Source: Candidatus Binatia bacterium (GTDB taxonomy: Bacteria; Desulfobacterota; Binatia; Bin18). From it: 64,000 bases of DNA. The position numbers and the translations under genes are program-made. The number at the start of each line of letters is the position of its first letter. The first letter of the stretch is position 1. Of the stretch, positions 10,507-20,342 are shown one piece after another. The notes beneath the pieces are model-generated. The model was not told where the DNA came from, searched no databases, and saw only the letters and a program-made list of their open reading frames with translations. The DNA lies in assembly GCA_963666315.2 (NCBI GenBank), contig CAXXHG010000021.1, positions 32,001 through 96,000 of the forward strand, read 5' to 3'.

Positions 10507-10936
10507 TTACCACCCAGCTACGTCTTTCCTGCCAAACAAATTGGTTGGTGTGATACGAATAAGAATCTCGCCCGGCACGCCATTGCGCTTGCCGTAGGTT
10601 TCCGCTTGATCCTCGCCCATATACCGGCTGTCGATGCGGGTGGCCCAATAGAGGAGCTGGTCTGGGTCTGTACTCACACTGACTGTGCCTTCGAGTTGGA
10701 TAACAGAAAATGGTGGGAGCTGATCGTCAACGCTCAGACAGACGCGCGGATCTCGCCGGAGGTTGGCTGCTTTGACAGCCTTATGCCAAGTAGCGAACAC
10801 AAGAGTCTCGTCGTCAATATCAAACCAAATCGGCACCACATGCGGCCGCCCGTCAGCGCGAACGGTTGCGCACTGCGCGGTGCGGACAAGGGCTGCGCAG
10901 AAAATCCCAACATTCGTGTGTGGCCATGTTTTTCAT
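10507..10936 (-). CDS. PPOX-class probable F420-dependent oxidoreductase (frameshift ~10890)
   Basis: ATVRADGRPHVVPIWF...K.ANLRRDPRV.L.VDD; ATG overlaps the antiporter stop. Confidence 0.85.
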
Positions 10937-12189
10937 ACATCCTCCGCTACAGACGGACTCATTATGGTCCGTCCGATTACTTTCTCAATAGTCAGTCCCT
11001 GGACTGCTATAGAAAAAATAACGATGACGTAGGTGATGGCAACGATCACATGGCGCTCCGGACCCGGAGGTAATGACAGCGCAAGCGCGACTGATATCCC
11101 ACCCCGCAGGCCACCCCAGGTAAGGATGCGGATCGTCCCAGGACTAAACTCTCGCACCAAACGCAGCAGAGTAACAGGGATACCGATCGCGATAAACCGG
11201 GCAAAGAGAACACACGGAATGAGCAAAAGGCTGGCAAAGAGATACTGCTGAGAAAAGGTCAGGACGAGCATTTCCAAGCCAATAAGCACAAATAAGATGG
11301 CATTGAGGACTTCGTCTAAGAGCTCCCAAAAGAGATCGAGATGAAGACGGGTTTCCTCTGACATGCCAAACAGCCGGCCATGATTGCCTATCAGCAACCC
11401 TGCGACCACAATCGCGATAGGGCCGGAGAGATGGAGTGCCGCGGCGAGAGTATAGCCGCCGAAAACCAGAGCGAGGGTCAGCAGGATTTCAACCTGGTAG
11501 TTGTCTACACTCTTGAGCATGCGATAGGCCAGATAGCCGCAACCAAGACCGAACGCCGCACCGCCAATGACTTCTTGGGTAAACAATACGACGATGGAGC
11601 CTGGACTGACCGCATGAGTTCCGGTCGCAATATCAAAGATGACCAAGAAGACAACGATGCCTATGCCGTCATTAAATAAGGACTCTCCGGTAATTTTAAT
11701 CTCAAGACTTTTAGGTGCCTTGGCTGTCTTTAAGATGCCTAGGACGGCAATCGGGTCAGTGGGAGAGATCAAAGCGCCGAAGAGCAGGCAGTAGACATAG
11801 GGTAATGCAACGCCGATCCAGCCTACTATCCACCAGGTCAGTGTTCCGACCAGAAAGGTTGAGATCAGCGTCCCGATTGTCGCCAGGGCAGCGATACTCC
11901 ACTTCCATTCGGCCAAGTCGTTGATGTTAACGTGCAGTGCCCCGGCAAATAAGAGAAAACTCAACATGCCGTGCAGGACGGTTATATTAAAATCAATCGA
12001 GCTGAGCCACCTTTCCGCCTGTTGCGCCGCGTTGAAGCCGAAGAAATCCAAGAGGTGTAGACCCAGGGACATGGCAAGGGCAATCAGCATTACCCCGATA
12101 GTGACCGGGAGCCCGATGTAGCGATGATTGAGATAGCTAAAGATCGCAGTCAGCGAGATCAGAATGGCGACAATTTGTAAAAAATCCAT
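10933..12189 (-). CDS. CPA1 family Na+/H+ antiporter (NhaP-like)
   Basis: Many TM helices; ISPTDPIAV, GESLFNDG, GGLRGG. Confidence 0.93.
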   Translation of the reverse strand: MDFLQIVAILISLTAIFSYLNHRYIGLPVTIGVMLIALAMSLGLHLLDFFGFNAAQQAERWLSSIDFNITVLHGMLSFLLFAGALHVNINDLAEWKWSIAALATIGTLISTFLVGTLTWWIVGWIGVALPYVYCLLFGALISPTDPIAVLGILKTAKAPKSLEIKITGESLFNDGIGIVVFLVIFDIATGTHAVSPGSIVVLFTQEVIGGAAFGLGCGYLAYRMLKSVDNYQVEILLTLALVFGGYTLAAALHLSGPIAIVVAGLLIGNHGRLFGMSEETRLHLDLFWELLDEVLNAILFVLIGLEMLVLTFSQQYLFASLLLIPCVLFARFIAIGIPVTLLRLVREFSPGTIRILTWGGLRGGISVALALSLPPGPERHVIVAITYVIVIFSIAVQGLTIEKVIGRTIMSPSVAEDV

Positions 12190-12206
12190 GAGGATAGGGG
12201 AAGACC

Positions 12207-12593
12207 TTACTCGATTTCGACTTCTATTGTCTCACCGCTGTAATACACTGGATAAGTCCGAACCGGCTTGCGTGCGGGACCGCGCAACACCTGCCCGGTT
12301 TTGAGATCAAAGCGCGCCCCGTGGGCACGGCAGACGAGGATCCGATCACTGACGATACCGCTGGAGAGGGGACTGAGATTGTGCGGACAGGCGTTGTGCA
12401 AGGCAAAGAGTTCTTCTCCGAGACGAAACACGGCCAGTCTTCTACCCGCTGCAACAACCGGCGTGCCTTGTCCTTCCGGAAAATCGGAGGCCTTGCCAAT
12501 GGGAACACGGACAGCCTTTTTAGGGGCTGTGGGGTGGGGGTTGGGAGCTAGGGAAGGGAAGAAGAAGTAAAGAATTTTTCGATACAGGCTCAA
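12207..12593 (-). CDS. Rieske [2Fe-2S] ferredoxin (NirD/dioxygenase ferredoxin-like)
   Basis: NACPH...CRAHGARFDLKTG...GPA. Confidence 0.88.
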   Translation of the reverse strand: MSLYRKILYFFFPSLAPNPHPTAPKKAVRVPIGKASDFPEGQGTPVVAAGRRLAVFRLGEELFALHNACPHNLSPLSSGIVSDRILVCRAHGARFDLKTGQVLRGPARKPVRTYPVYYSGETIEVEIE

Positions 12594-12604
12594 AATTTAT
12601 ATTC

Positions 12605-12670
12605 CCAAGCCCTCTCCAAGGACTCCCCAGCAAAAGGCTCCCAGCCAACCCCCAATCCCTAGCCCCTAAG
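12605..12670. repeat. Degenerate C-rich heptamer repeats
   Basis: ccccaat-ccctagc-ccctaag and related units. Confidence 0.35.
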
Positions 12671-12672
12671 TG

Positions 12673-13798
12673 CTATTGTGCTGGAAAGCCGTCCAGTTTG
12701 ACGCAGTTGTCATGAACGATCTTGCGCGTGTCTTCTTCTGGAATAGCAGCGAAATTATCCGCCACCTGCTTGCGCGAGAAAGGCCACACTCCTTCGGTGT
12801 GCGGATAGTCCGATCCCCACAGTAAGTTTTCTACACCCATGAGTTCCCGGGTCAGTACCCCAGCTCGGTCGTCTTCAAAGGTGGCGTAAAACTGGCGGTG
12901 AAAATACGTGCTGGGCGGATCAGGCAGACGGGGCTCCATCCAGCCCTTATGATCTTGCCACCAGTGGTCCATAAAGCCCAGGGATGCACCTATCCAGCCT
13001 ATGCCACTTTCGACCAAGGCCCATTTGAGCTTGGGGAAACGGACGGGCGCACCGCCCCAAATAATGTGTTGCAAGGTCTCGTTCATCTCGAACTTGACAA
13101 TGCCGATGATGATCCCGCCCGCACCTGGCCCATGCGCGCGGCCGAACGGATCGCGGCCTCCGATTATGGATGCTGACGACGAGGTGCATATCCTGCAGCG
13201 CGGCCCAGAGTGGATCCCAGTCGGGCAGGTTGTAAGGACGATCATCCACCCATGCCGGTAGCACGACGCTGACCAGACCCAGCTTGGCGCAACGTTCAGT
13301 TTCCTCAATGGCCCACTCAATAGGGCCTCGACACGGAATCATGCCCACGCCTTTAAGACGATCCGGATAGGCTGAGCAATATTCCGCCAGCCAATCGTTA
13401 TATGCCCGGCAACAGGCGTACAGGTATTCGGTGTCAGGCGCGCGCATGAGGGTAAGGCCCACCCCAGGGTAGATGACCTCTCCGGACACCCCATCCATAT
13501 CCTGGTCTTTCAGTCGTTCGTGGGGGTCCCAACTCCCCGGACGATTATCCGCATACTTAAAGCCCTTAGGAGCAGGAATATCCATGCCTTGGGCTTTGAG
13601 ATCTGCCATGGGGCCTTCAAACGCCAAAGGCCGCGGCCGGAGGCCGTCAATGACAATGTAATCGCCGCTTTCGTCTAGTGCCTCGATACGCGGCGCCTTA
13701 TCTCGCCATTTTTTATCCATACGCGTCAGCCACAGATCTGCCGGCTCCACGATATGGGAGTCGGCCGAGAGGAGGCGTTTGGTATACGGCTCGGTCAT
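12673..13798 (-). CDS. Amidohydrolase_2 family protein (frameshift ~13165)
   Basis: SADSH.VEP, RLKDQD.DG, AYNDWLAEYC, ESGIGW, WGSDYPH. Confidence 0.9.
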
Positions 13799-13816
13799 TT
13801 CTTCCCTCCGTCTCTG

Positions 13817-14371
13817 CTACTTCTTTGCAAACGCTGACTTTTTCGCCGTTGTCTTCTGTGTTGCGGCAGCCCGCTTTTTCACCGGAGCCCGTTTTGCCGC
13901 TGTTGTTCGTTTCTTCCCGGGTTTGAGTGCCATTTTATTACACGTACACGTACCAACCTGATGCAGCTCGATGACATTATCAAAAGGGTCACGGACAAAC
14001 ACCTGGTCCGAGTTTTTGCCGACTAGGCCCTGAATGCCCCAATACCAAATACCGCGCTTATCGAGTTCCTTGCGCGCAGCTTTGATATCTTTGACGGCAA
14101 GGGCGACGTGGGGCAGCGTGGGGTCTTCTCTCTTGGACCGGGCGAGCGGCGACTTGCCTTTGGCTCCCATCAGATGAATCTGAGTTGTATTTTTGCCCTT
14201 ACCCACATACATCCAAAAACCTGGAATAGATGCGATATCGGGCCGTGCCGGATCTGTCCCTAACCCCAGGACACCAGAATAAAACTCGCGCGCCTTCTCC
14301 GCATCCTTTTGTGTGTTCCCGATCCGAATACCATGATGGTGCAGCTCAACCACTTCAATCGACATACTCAA
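13817..14371 (-). CDS. VOC/glyoxalase family protein with Lys/Ala-rich tail
   Basis: LHHHG, QIHL, HVALAV, QVFVRDPFDNVIEL; tail KKRTTAAKRAPVKKRAAATQKTTAKK. Confidence 0.88.
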   Translation of the reverse strand: MSMSIEVVELHHHGIRIGNTQKDAEKAREFYSGVLGLGTDPARPDIASIPGFWMYVGKGKNTTQIHLMGAKGKSPLARSKREDPTLPHVALAVKDIKAARKELDKRGIWYWGIQGLVGKNSDQVFVRDPFDNVIELHQVGTCTCNKMALKPGKKRTTAAKRAPVKKRAAATQKTTAKKSAFAKK

Positions 14372-14380
14372 CCCTCCTTA

Positions 14381-14412
14381 CAAATGGGCAATATTGCAAA
14401 TGGGCAATATTG
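14381..14412. promoter_or_regulatory. 16-bp tandem duplication containing CAATATTG palindromes directly upstream of the VOC RBS
   Basis: caaatgggcaatattg x2. Confidence 0.45.
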
Positions 14413-14674
14413 TTGCCTCTGCTATAGCATAAGAGCTGAAGGAAGGGAAAAGCGTGTTTCTTGGTGGACCAGATTGAGGGGCCTTGAGGACCAGTGACAA
14501 CAGGCAACAGAATAGTGTAGGCTACGGCTGAAGAAAAATAGCAAACCGTGCAGAATAGATAAGGATACTCAATACGCCGCGTTTCCCGGCCAGAGGTATG
14601 ACCGCAGAACCGGGAAGCGCAACGAGGTAAAAGAGCTTCCTTGCTGTTGCGCGGAAAGGAATATTAATCCGTCT

Positions 14675-15697
14675 ATGTCTTCACAAAAATGTGCAACACC
14701 CTCCACTCACCTGGAGATTGTCAAAAGCCCCTGGACGCCTGCCGCAAAACAGCAAGCGCTCGAGAGAGAAGTGCTGGGGCATTACAGCGAATATTTCAGT
14801 CGGGCCATGACCACGCGCAACTGGTCACCGTGGCAGGATTTCTCACTTGAAGAGATGAGCCAATTCGGGGGCCGGCTGGGCGAAGAAACCGCCAACTTGA
14901 TAGAAGGCTTCCTGGGAGTGGAAGAATATGTTGCCGACTACGTGCGGGCGGGGATTGAGCTATTTCGCCACAACCGCACCCGGCGGAATATGCAGTTGCA
15001 GTGGGGGGCAGAAGAAGCACGCCACGGCATCGCGTGGGAACTCGTTTTACAACATTCCGGGATGCGCACGGAGGCTCAACTTCAGACGTATCTCGGCAAG
15101 GTGCAAGAATCCCGTTGGGATGTGGAACAACATCCAGGTCTCGACACCCCGCTCGGAAGCTCTGCCTACGCAATGGTCCAGGAGCGAGCGACCTATTATA
15201 ACTATCAAGAAATGCGTGCGCGTATTCGTGAAGAATATGGCCTGACGCCCACACCGACGTCTCAAGAGCGAGAACGTGGACATGAGATCGGTGCTTCGGA
15301 AGCCTTTCGCATTGTCAGCCAAGATGAGATCACACATCATGCTCTCTTCCTGAAGATTGTTCAAAGCTATATCAAATACTTCCCGTCGCTCGCGTTTGAG
15401 ACTTTAAACAAAGTATTTCTCGGATTCGAGATGCCGGCCCTGCGCGTTATTCCCAATGCACGTCTCTATCTCCGCGCCGTTTTGCGCACCAAGATATACA
15501 ACGAGGAGATCCACCGTGAAAAGGTCCACAACCCAGTGCTGAAAGCCTTGGGGCTGGAGGACAATGATGCTTTTGAAAAGGCTGTTCAATCCGCCCGCCA
15601 GCTCCCTGATGATCTCGGCCCGGATGGTATCACCCTCAGCCGGACAGGTGAGTGGATTGTCGGCTATAGCCAACCCGCAGCAGCTGCTGGATCTTGA
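14675..15697 (+). CDS. Soluble acyl-ACP desaturase (DesA-like, ferritin-like diiron)
   Basis: WSPWQD, VEE, WGAEEARH, VQERAT, DEITH, FEMP. Confidence 0.88.
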   Translation: MSSQKCATPSTHLEIVKSPWTPAAKQQALEREVLGHYSEYFSRAMTTRNWSPWQDFSLEEMSQFGGRLGEETANLIEGFLGVEEYVADYVRAGIELFRHNRTRRNMQLQWGAEEARHGIAWELVLQHSGMRTEAQLQTYLGKVQESRWDVEQHPGLDTPLGSSAYAMVQERATYYNYQEMRARIREEYGLTPTPTSQERERGHEIGASEAFRIVSQDEITHHALFLKIVQSYIKYFPSLAFETLNKVFLGFEMPALRVIPNARLYLRAVLRTKIYNEEIHREKVHNPVLKALGLEDNDAFEKAVQSARQLPDDLGPDGITLSRTGEWIVGYSQPAAAAGS

Positions 15698-15706
15698 GGT
15701 TTAGTT

Positions 15707-15732
15707 TTTTGACCTTCTCCCCAGGGTCAAAA
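15707..15732. terminator. Bidirectional terminator-like hairpin
   Basis: ttttgacc...ggtcaaaa between convergent genes. Confidence 0.5.
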
Positions 15733-15771
15733 TCAACCCACCCGCGATGTTTGCGGCGATGCTAAGAACGC

Positions 15772-16194
15772 CTAACAAAACGCTCCGAGGCACATGGGTA
15801 ATGCCCCAGCCCCCTCCCCCTGGATTCCCGTTTCCACGGGAATGACCGGCTTTCTTGTGTCATACCTGCGCAAGCAGGTATCCAGGCTTCCGGTACAAGA
15901 CTGAGTTTTGTTAGGGGCACTAAGCGCAATAATCGTCGCATAAGCAGTCCGGACCGGATTATCGTAATACGGAGCGATTTCTACTGCCTGGCCTGCCATT
16001 TCCGCATTGTATTCGCGGACGATACGCTGGACACGCTCGAAATCGTTTTTCGGTTCGTAGCGTGGTGTGTCTTTCGACAGTTCGAGATAGCCGTGGATGA
16101 TAATATTCTGTCCTCTATCCGCTTCAACGAATGGAAAGACGAGGAACGGGGTTACGATCCCGATGAAAACGAGCGCGAATACTACCCATTTCAT
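15772..16194 (-). CDS. Hypothetical exported/membrane-anchored protein; 3' end runs into a REP element
   Basis: RBS ggagg; hydrophobic N-terminus; C-terminal residues derive from the repeat. Confidence 0.55.
   Translation of the reverse strand: MKWVVFALVFIGIVTPFLVFPFVEADRGQNIIIHGYLELSKDTPRYEPKNDFERVQRIVREYNAEMAGQAVEIAPYYDNPVRTAYATIIALSAPNKTQSCTGSLDTCLRRYDTRKPVIPVETGIQGEGAGALPMCLGAFC
15820..15885. repeat. GTCATTCCCG..CGGGAATCCA-type REP doublet
   Basis: tggattcccgtttccacgggaatgac...gtcatacctgcgcaagcaggtatcca; near-identical copy at ~29774-29833. Confidence 0.8.
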
Positions 16195-16242
16195 AGTATC
16201 CTCCGGCTCTTATAATAATCCTGCTCTCGATACGCTGATCTT

Positions 16243-16314
16243 CGTCATAAGCGTCATAAGCGTCATAAGCGTCATAAGCGTCATAAGCGTCATAAGCGTC
16301 ATAAGCGTCATAAG
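16243..16314. repeat. Perfect tandem repeat (CGTCATAAG)x8
   Basis: Eight exact 9-bp units counted directly. Confidence 0.97.
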
Positions 16315-16386
16315 AATGATGTATTTTTATTTTCTTGCAATGATTTCTCTCTTCGGCAAATTTGAAAACACCAGGTATCTACGTCA

Positions 16387-17283
16387 TTAGCGTAGCGCCG
16401 CTACCGCAACCCCGACAATAACAATCAAACCGCCGACAAGGTGAGGCAGGGTCAGGGTCTCGTCGAGAAAAACGTAGGCTATGCCAATAGCCATCACCGG
16501 CACCAGGTTAATAAACACGCCGGCCCGACTTGGGCCAAGAATTTCAACGGCTTGATAATACCAAAAATGGGCAAAGGTCCCGAGCGTGCTTTGATAGACA
16601 ATCGCCAGCCACGAATCCCAGCGCGTTTCCGCAAACTGCCAGCTGTCCCATTCTGTCAACCAACAGGCGATGATCACATACGAGGCGCCGGCAATATAGG
16701 CATACGTTGTCGCGGCGAGGGGGGAGACCTGCTGCATGAGGTGGCGGCCATAGGTGGTATAGGCCCCCCAGGCAAACAAGGTCGCGATGATGATGAGATC
16801 GCCTGGGTTGTACTCGTTTTGGATAATGACGTGCCATGAGCCGCGCGCAATAATGACCACTACGCCCACAATGGAGATGCTAATGCCGAGGAGCATGGTG
16901 GACGACAGTTTCTCTTTCAGAAACAAGACCGCCAAAAGGGCAATCGCAATAGGTGAGGCGGCATTGAGCAGTGCGGCGTTGGTCGCCGTCGTTAAGCGCA
17001 GCCCCTGGTAACTCCCTGCTACAGAAAGCAAATAGCCGGTAAATCCTAAGAAGAGAAAACTGCCGACCAGCCGTGGAGTCCAGGCGATGTTCGAAGCCTC
17101 AGGGCCGCGCTTCCGCTGGAGATAGATGAATAAGAGGACCGCGCCAATGCTCAAACGAATGGCGGCAAGCGTAAAGGGCGGAATACTGCGCAGGGCTATT
17201 TTCCCAGTTGGAAACAAACCCGCCCAGACCATGGTGGTCAGAACCATGAGAAGAAGGCCGCGACGTTGGGCTGATAGTGCCAT
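16387..17283 (-). CDS. DMT/EamA family transporter
   Basis: About 10 TM helices, two EamA repeats, GPSRAGVFINLVP. Confidence 0.92.
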   Translation of the reverse strand: MALSAQRRGLLLMVLTTMVWAGLFPTGKIALRSIPPFTLAAIRLSIGAVLLFIYLQRKRGPEASNIAWTPRLVGSFLFLGFTGYLLSVAGSYQGLRLTTATNAALLNAASPIAIALLAVLFLKEKLSSTMLLGISISIVGVVVIIARGSWHVIIQNEYNPGDLIIIATLFAWGAYTTYGRHLMQQVSPLAATTYAYIAGASYVIIACWLTEWDSWQFAETRWDSWLAIVYQSTLGTFAHFWYYQAVEILGPSRAGVFINLVPVMAIGIAYVFLDETLTLPHLVGGLIVIVGVAVAALR

Positions 17284-17325
17284 TCAGAACGACAAGGACC
17301 GAAATATAAACGGATCGATACAGAC

Positions 17326-18348
17326 CTAACGAAACGCTGGCATGACCTCTTTGGCGAAAACGCGTACGGCTTCTCGATCGTACAAACCGGGACGGCGCAG
17401 GTTGATAATGAAGTGTGTTACGCCAATATCGATATAGGCTTGAAGTTGCCGGCGAATGTCGTCGGCGCTGCCGGCCAATACGGTCTGACGTGCCTCGTCC
17501 TCGGTCATCCCCCGCATTTTCATAGCGCGTTGCAGCACCTTTTGCAGAGCTTCAGGAGTAGGATTCAGATACATAGGTGCCAGATAGGACCGTTCAATTT
17601 CACTACAGTCTCGTTTTATCTCTTGACAGTATTTCTCAAGTACTTGATTCTTTTTGGCAAACTGGCCGGGCGAGAGAATCGGAACATTCCACATCTGCGC
17701 GTAGCGTGCCACAAGGGGCAAGGTGAGTTTTTCGCCGATCCCGCCTATCATAATCGGCGGCATGGGTTGCTGGACTGGCTTGGGAACAAACGGTGCATCA
17801 ACCAGGGAATAATACTTACCTTCAAACGAAGCGGTGGGATCGGCCTGCCAGAGTTTTGTAATCACTTGCAGTGCTTCGTCGAGTCGTTTGGCGCGGCCTC
17901 TCATAGTTGAAAATTCGACCCCGTACGCTTCATGCTCACGTTTGAACCAGCCTGCACCAAGGCCGAGAATCAGACGTCCATTGCTGAGATGGTCAACCGT
18001 GGTCGCCATCTTGGCCAGGATGGACGGATGGCGGAAGGTATTACTCGTCACCATACAGCCAATCTGGATCTTGGAAGTAGAGACCGCCATCGCCCCGAGC
18101 AACGTCCACGATTCAAAGTTCGGTCCATCTGACGGACCTACGCTCGGCAGCAGATGATCGTTCACCCACAAGGTATCGAAACCCAGGGCTTCGGCTTCTT
18201 GCCACACGTCTTTGAGTTCTTCAATTGTCGTTTGCTGTTGTGCGACTTGCAGGCCAAAGCGAATTTTCGGTTTCTTCTCTTCGGCCTGAACTGGAACGCT
18301 GAGAAAGACAAGACAGATAGTGACGAGCCAATATAAAGACTTGCGCAT
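17326..18348 (-). CDS. LLM-class probable F420-dependent oxidoreductase with N-terminal signal peptide
   Basis: RBS gggagggg before ATG 18348; GFDTLWVNDH, FRHPSILAKMATTVDHLSNGRLILGLGAGW..EH.AYG, PKPVQ.P.PPIMIGG.GEK. Confidence 0.9.
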   Translation of the reverse strand: MRKSLYWLVTICLVFLSVPVQAEEKKPKIRFGLQVAQQQTTIEELKDVWQEAEALGFDTLWVNDHLLPSVGPSDGPNFESWTLLGAMAVSTSKIQIGCMVTSNTFRHPSILAKMATTVDHLSNGRLILGLGAGWFKREHEAYGVEFSTMRGRAKRLDEALQVITKLWQADPTASFEGKYYSLVDAPFVPKPVQQPMPPIMIGGIGEKLTLPLVARYAQMWNVPILSPGQFAKKNQVLEKYCQEIKRDCSEIERSYLAPMYLNPTPEALQKVLQRAMKMRGMTEDEARQTVLAGSADDIRRQLQAYIDIGVTHFIINLRRPGLYDREAVRVFAKEVMPAFR

Positions 18349-18444
18349 ACAGTACTCCCCTCCCTTGGCACGCCTACCAGCTATGCGGAGACGGCTCAAG
18401 TTCATGGAAGTAAGATGTGGAAGAAGGGACGGGTTACTCGACGT

Positions 18445-18558
18445 GCTATCCCGTCCTTGGAGGGGTGGCCGTCCGACCAATGGTCGGCGACCGGGGTGGG
18501 TTGCCCGAGGTCGGAAACACACCCCGCCGCTGCGCGGCACCCCTCTCAAGAGGGGATG
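18445..18558. repeat. CCCCTC..GAGGGG-type structured intergenic repeat
   Basis: Nested hairpins ccgaccaatggtcgg and cccctctcaagagggg; the spurious frame reads PPLRGTPLKRG. Confidence 0.6.
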
Positions 18559-18578
18559 GAGTTGCTTGCGCCTTCTCC

Positions 18579-19595
18579 CTATGTCGTCACCGCACTCTGT
18601 GCCGCTTCGCTCGCGGTCTCCTCTTGCTCAACCTCAAATCCTGCTGCTTCGACGAGCTGATGCGCGTCTTGGGCCTGTTGGCCTGGCGTGGTGAGATAGC
18701 CTTCGACAAAAATGGAGTTTGCCGGATAAAAGGCCAGCCCGGACCATTTGCCGAGATAGAGTTCGCGGCCCGCGGCCATGCGGATTTCGCTGTGCGGATT
18801 GAGGAAACGCATCAGACAGAGGGTCTTGAGCCCACGCACGGGATTGAAGTCCTTGCGTGGGCCGAGCGGAGTGCCGTCGATGGGGTATAGGAAATTCACC
18901 GGCACGGAGTCAATGTCTAACGCCCGCACGGCGTAGGCCAACTCCACAACGTCTTCGTCCTTTTCGCCCATGCCGATAATGCCGCCACTGCATGTGGAAA
19001 GCCCCGCCTGCTTGACGTTCTTGATCGTCTCAACCCGGTCATCATAGGTATGCGTCGAGCAAATTTCCGAGTAAAATTTACGGCTGGTGTTGAGGTTGTG
19101 GTTGACCCAGCCGACGCCGGATTCTTTGAGTTCTCGGGCCTGGGGTTCGCTCATCAAGCCCAGAGACACACAAATCTCCAACCCTGGAAATTCGGCTTTG
19201 ATCTGTCGTGTCGCATCGGTCAGATGGGCAATATCGCGTTCGCTTGGTCCACGTCCGCTGGCGACCATGCAGTAGCGCCGGGCGCCGGCCTGGGCTGCCT
19301 TGCGCGCACCGGCAAGTAGCTCGTCTTTTGAAAGGAGACGATATCTATTAATCGGAGCCTTTGAGATGGACGACTGTGAGCAGTAGTTGCAATCTTCTGG
19401 GCAGAGGCCGCTACGGGCGTTTTGTAACACACAGATTTTTACTTTGCGGCCGAAGAATTTTTCTCGCACCGTGAATGCGGCATCCAGCAGTTCAGATAAG
19501 TTCTCGTCGGCTGTTTGTAAAACAGAAAATGCTTCTTCACGAGATAGCAATTCGCCAGCTAATGATTTGGTCGCTAAGTGCGAGAAATTATTCAT
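18579..19595 (-). CDS. bioB: Biotin synthase
   Basis: CPEDCNYCSQS radical SAM motif; NHNLNTS, CSGGIIGMGE, SVPVNFL. Confidence 0.97.
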   Translation of the reverse strand: MNNFSHLATKSLAGELLSREEAFSVLQTADENLSELLDAAFTVREKFFGRKVKICVLQNARSGLCPEDCNYCSQSSISKAPINRYRLLSKDELLAGARKAAQAGARRYCMVASGRGPSERDIAHLTDATRQIKAEFPGLEICVSLGLMSEPQARELKESGVGWVNHNLNTSRKFYSEICSTHTYDDRVETIKNVKQAGLSTCSGGIIGMGEKDEDVVELAYAVRALDIDSVPVNFLYPIDGTPLGPRKDFNPVRGLKTLCLMRFLNPHSEIRMAAGRELYLGKWSGLAFYPANSIFVEGYLTTPGQQAQDAHQLVEAAGFEVEQEETASEAAQSAVTT

Positions 19596-19634
19596 ACTTT
19601 TCCTTTCAGTCGAATATGTCAGCAGATCTCTGCT

Positions 19635-20342
19635 CTATCCGAGCAGTTCGGGAAGATCAACCGCTGTGGAGAATAGGTCGCTCAGCGTAGCGCGATCCTG
19701 ATCTATATTTCCGCTCAACGAAAGATGCGGAATAATCCCCCGACACGGTACATCTGTCAGGCCAGCCAAGGTTGCGGCGTTGGTCTTAATCGCATCATCA
19801 GATGTTTCAGTTGGGTGGTTGAGGACATAGCCCGCCAGGGGCAAGCCTCGGGTTTGAATACAATGCAAGGTCAGCAGGGTGTGATTCAAAGCGCCTAGCT
19901 TTGAGCCTACGACAACAAGAACCGGAATGCCGAGGTCTTGCGCCAGGTCCGCGAATGAATAGCGACCCACGAGCGGGACGAGCAAGCCGCCTGCGCCTTC
20001 TACGATCGTTACGTCGTGTTGTACTGCGATGGTATGAAAAATCTCGACAATCCGGTCCGGCCGAATGGACACGCCAGCCTGCTCAGCCGCGACACTCGGA
20101 GCGACCGGCGGGGAAAAACGGTAGGGGCACAGGGTTTCAACCGGCAAAGCGCTCTGAGCACATCCAGCCAAGCGCATGGCATCGTCTGGATATAATGCGC
20201 CGTTTCGCATATCACAGCCCGTCTCTGCCGGCTTGAGTACGCCGACGCGTTTGCCTTGTGCGGTCCATGCCGCAGCAAGTCCACAACCCACCAGGGTCTT
20301 GCCGATGCCGGTGTCTGTTCCGGTTATGAAGAGGCCGCGCAT
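19635..20342 (-). CDS. bioD: Dethiobiotin synthase
   Basis: TGTDTGIGKT, KPAETG, EGAGG, LGALNH. Confidence 0.97.
   Translation of the reverse strand: MRGLFITGTDTGIGKTLVGCGLAAAWTAQGKRVGVLKPAETGCDMRNGALYPDDAMRLAGCAQSALPVETLCPYRFSPPVAPSVAAEQAGVSIRPDRIVEIFHTIAVQHDVTIVEGAGGLLVPLVGRYSFADLAQDLGIPVLVVVGSKLGALNHTLLTLHCIQTRGLPLAGYVLNHPTETSDDAIKTNAATLAGLTDVPCRGIIPHLSLSGNIDQDRATLSDLFSTAVDLPELLG

Noticed and set aside
16243-16314. CRISPR or guide-RNA array; ORF 16097..16390 with VISVIS repeats
   Set aside because: Units are contiguous with no spacers and no cas genes are nearby; the ORF is a by-product of the 9-bp repeat
18349-18549. N-terminal extension of the 407-aa LLM ORF
   Set aside because: It is read-through of an intergenic structured repeat; the RBS supports ATG 18348
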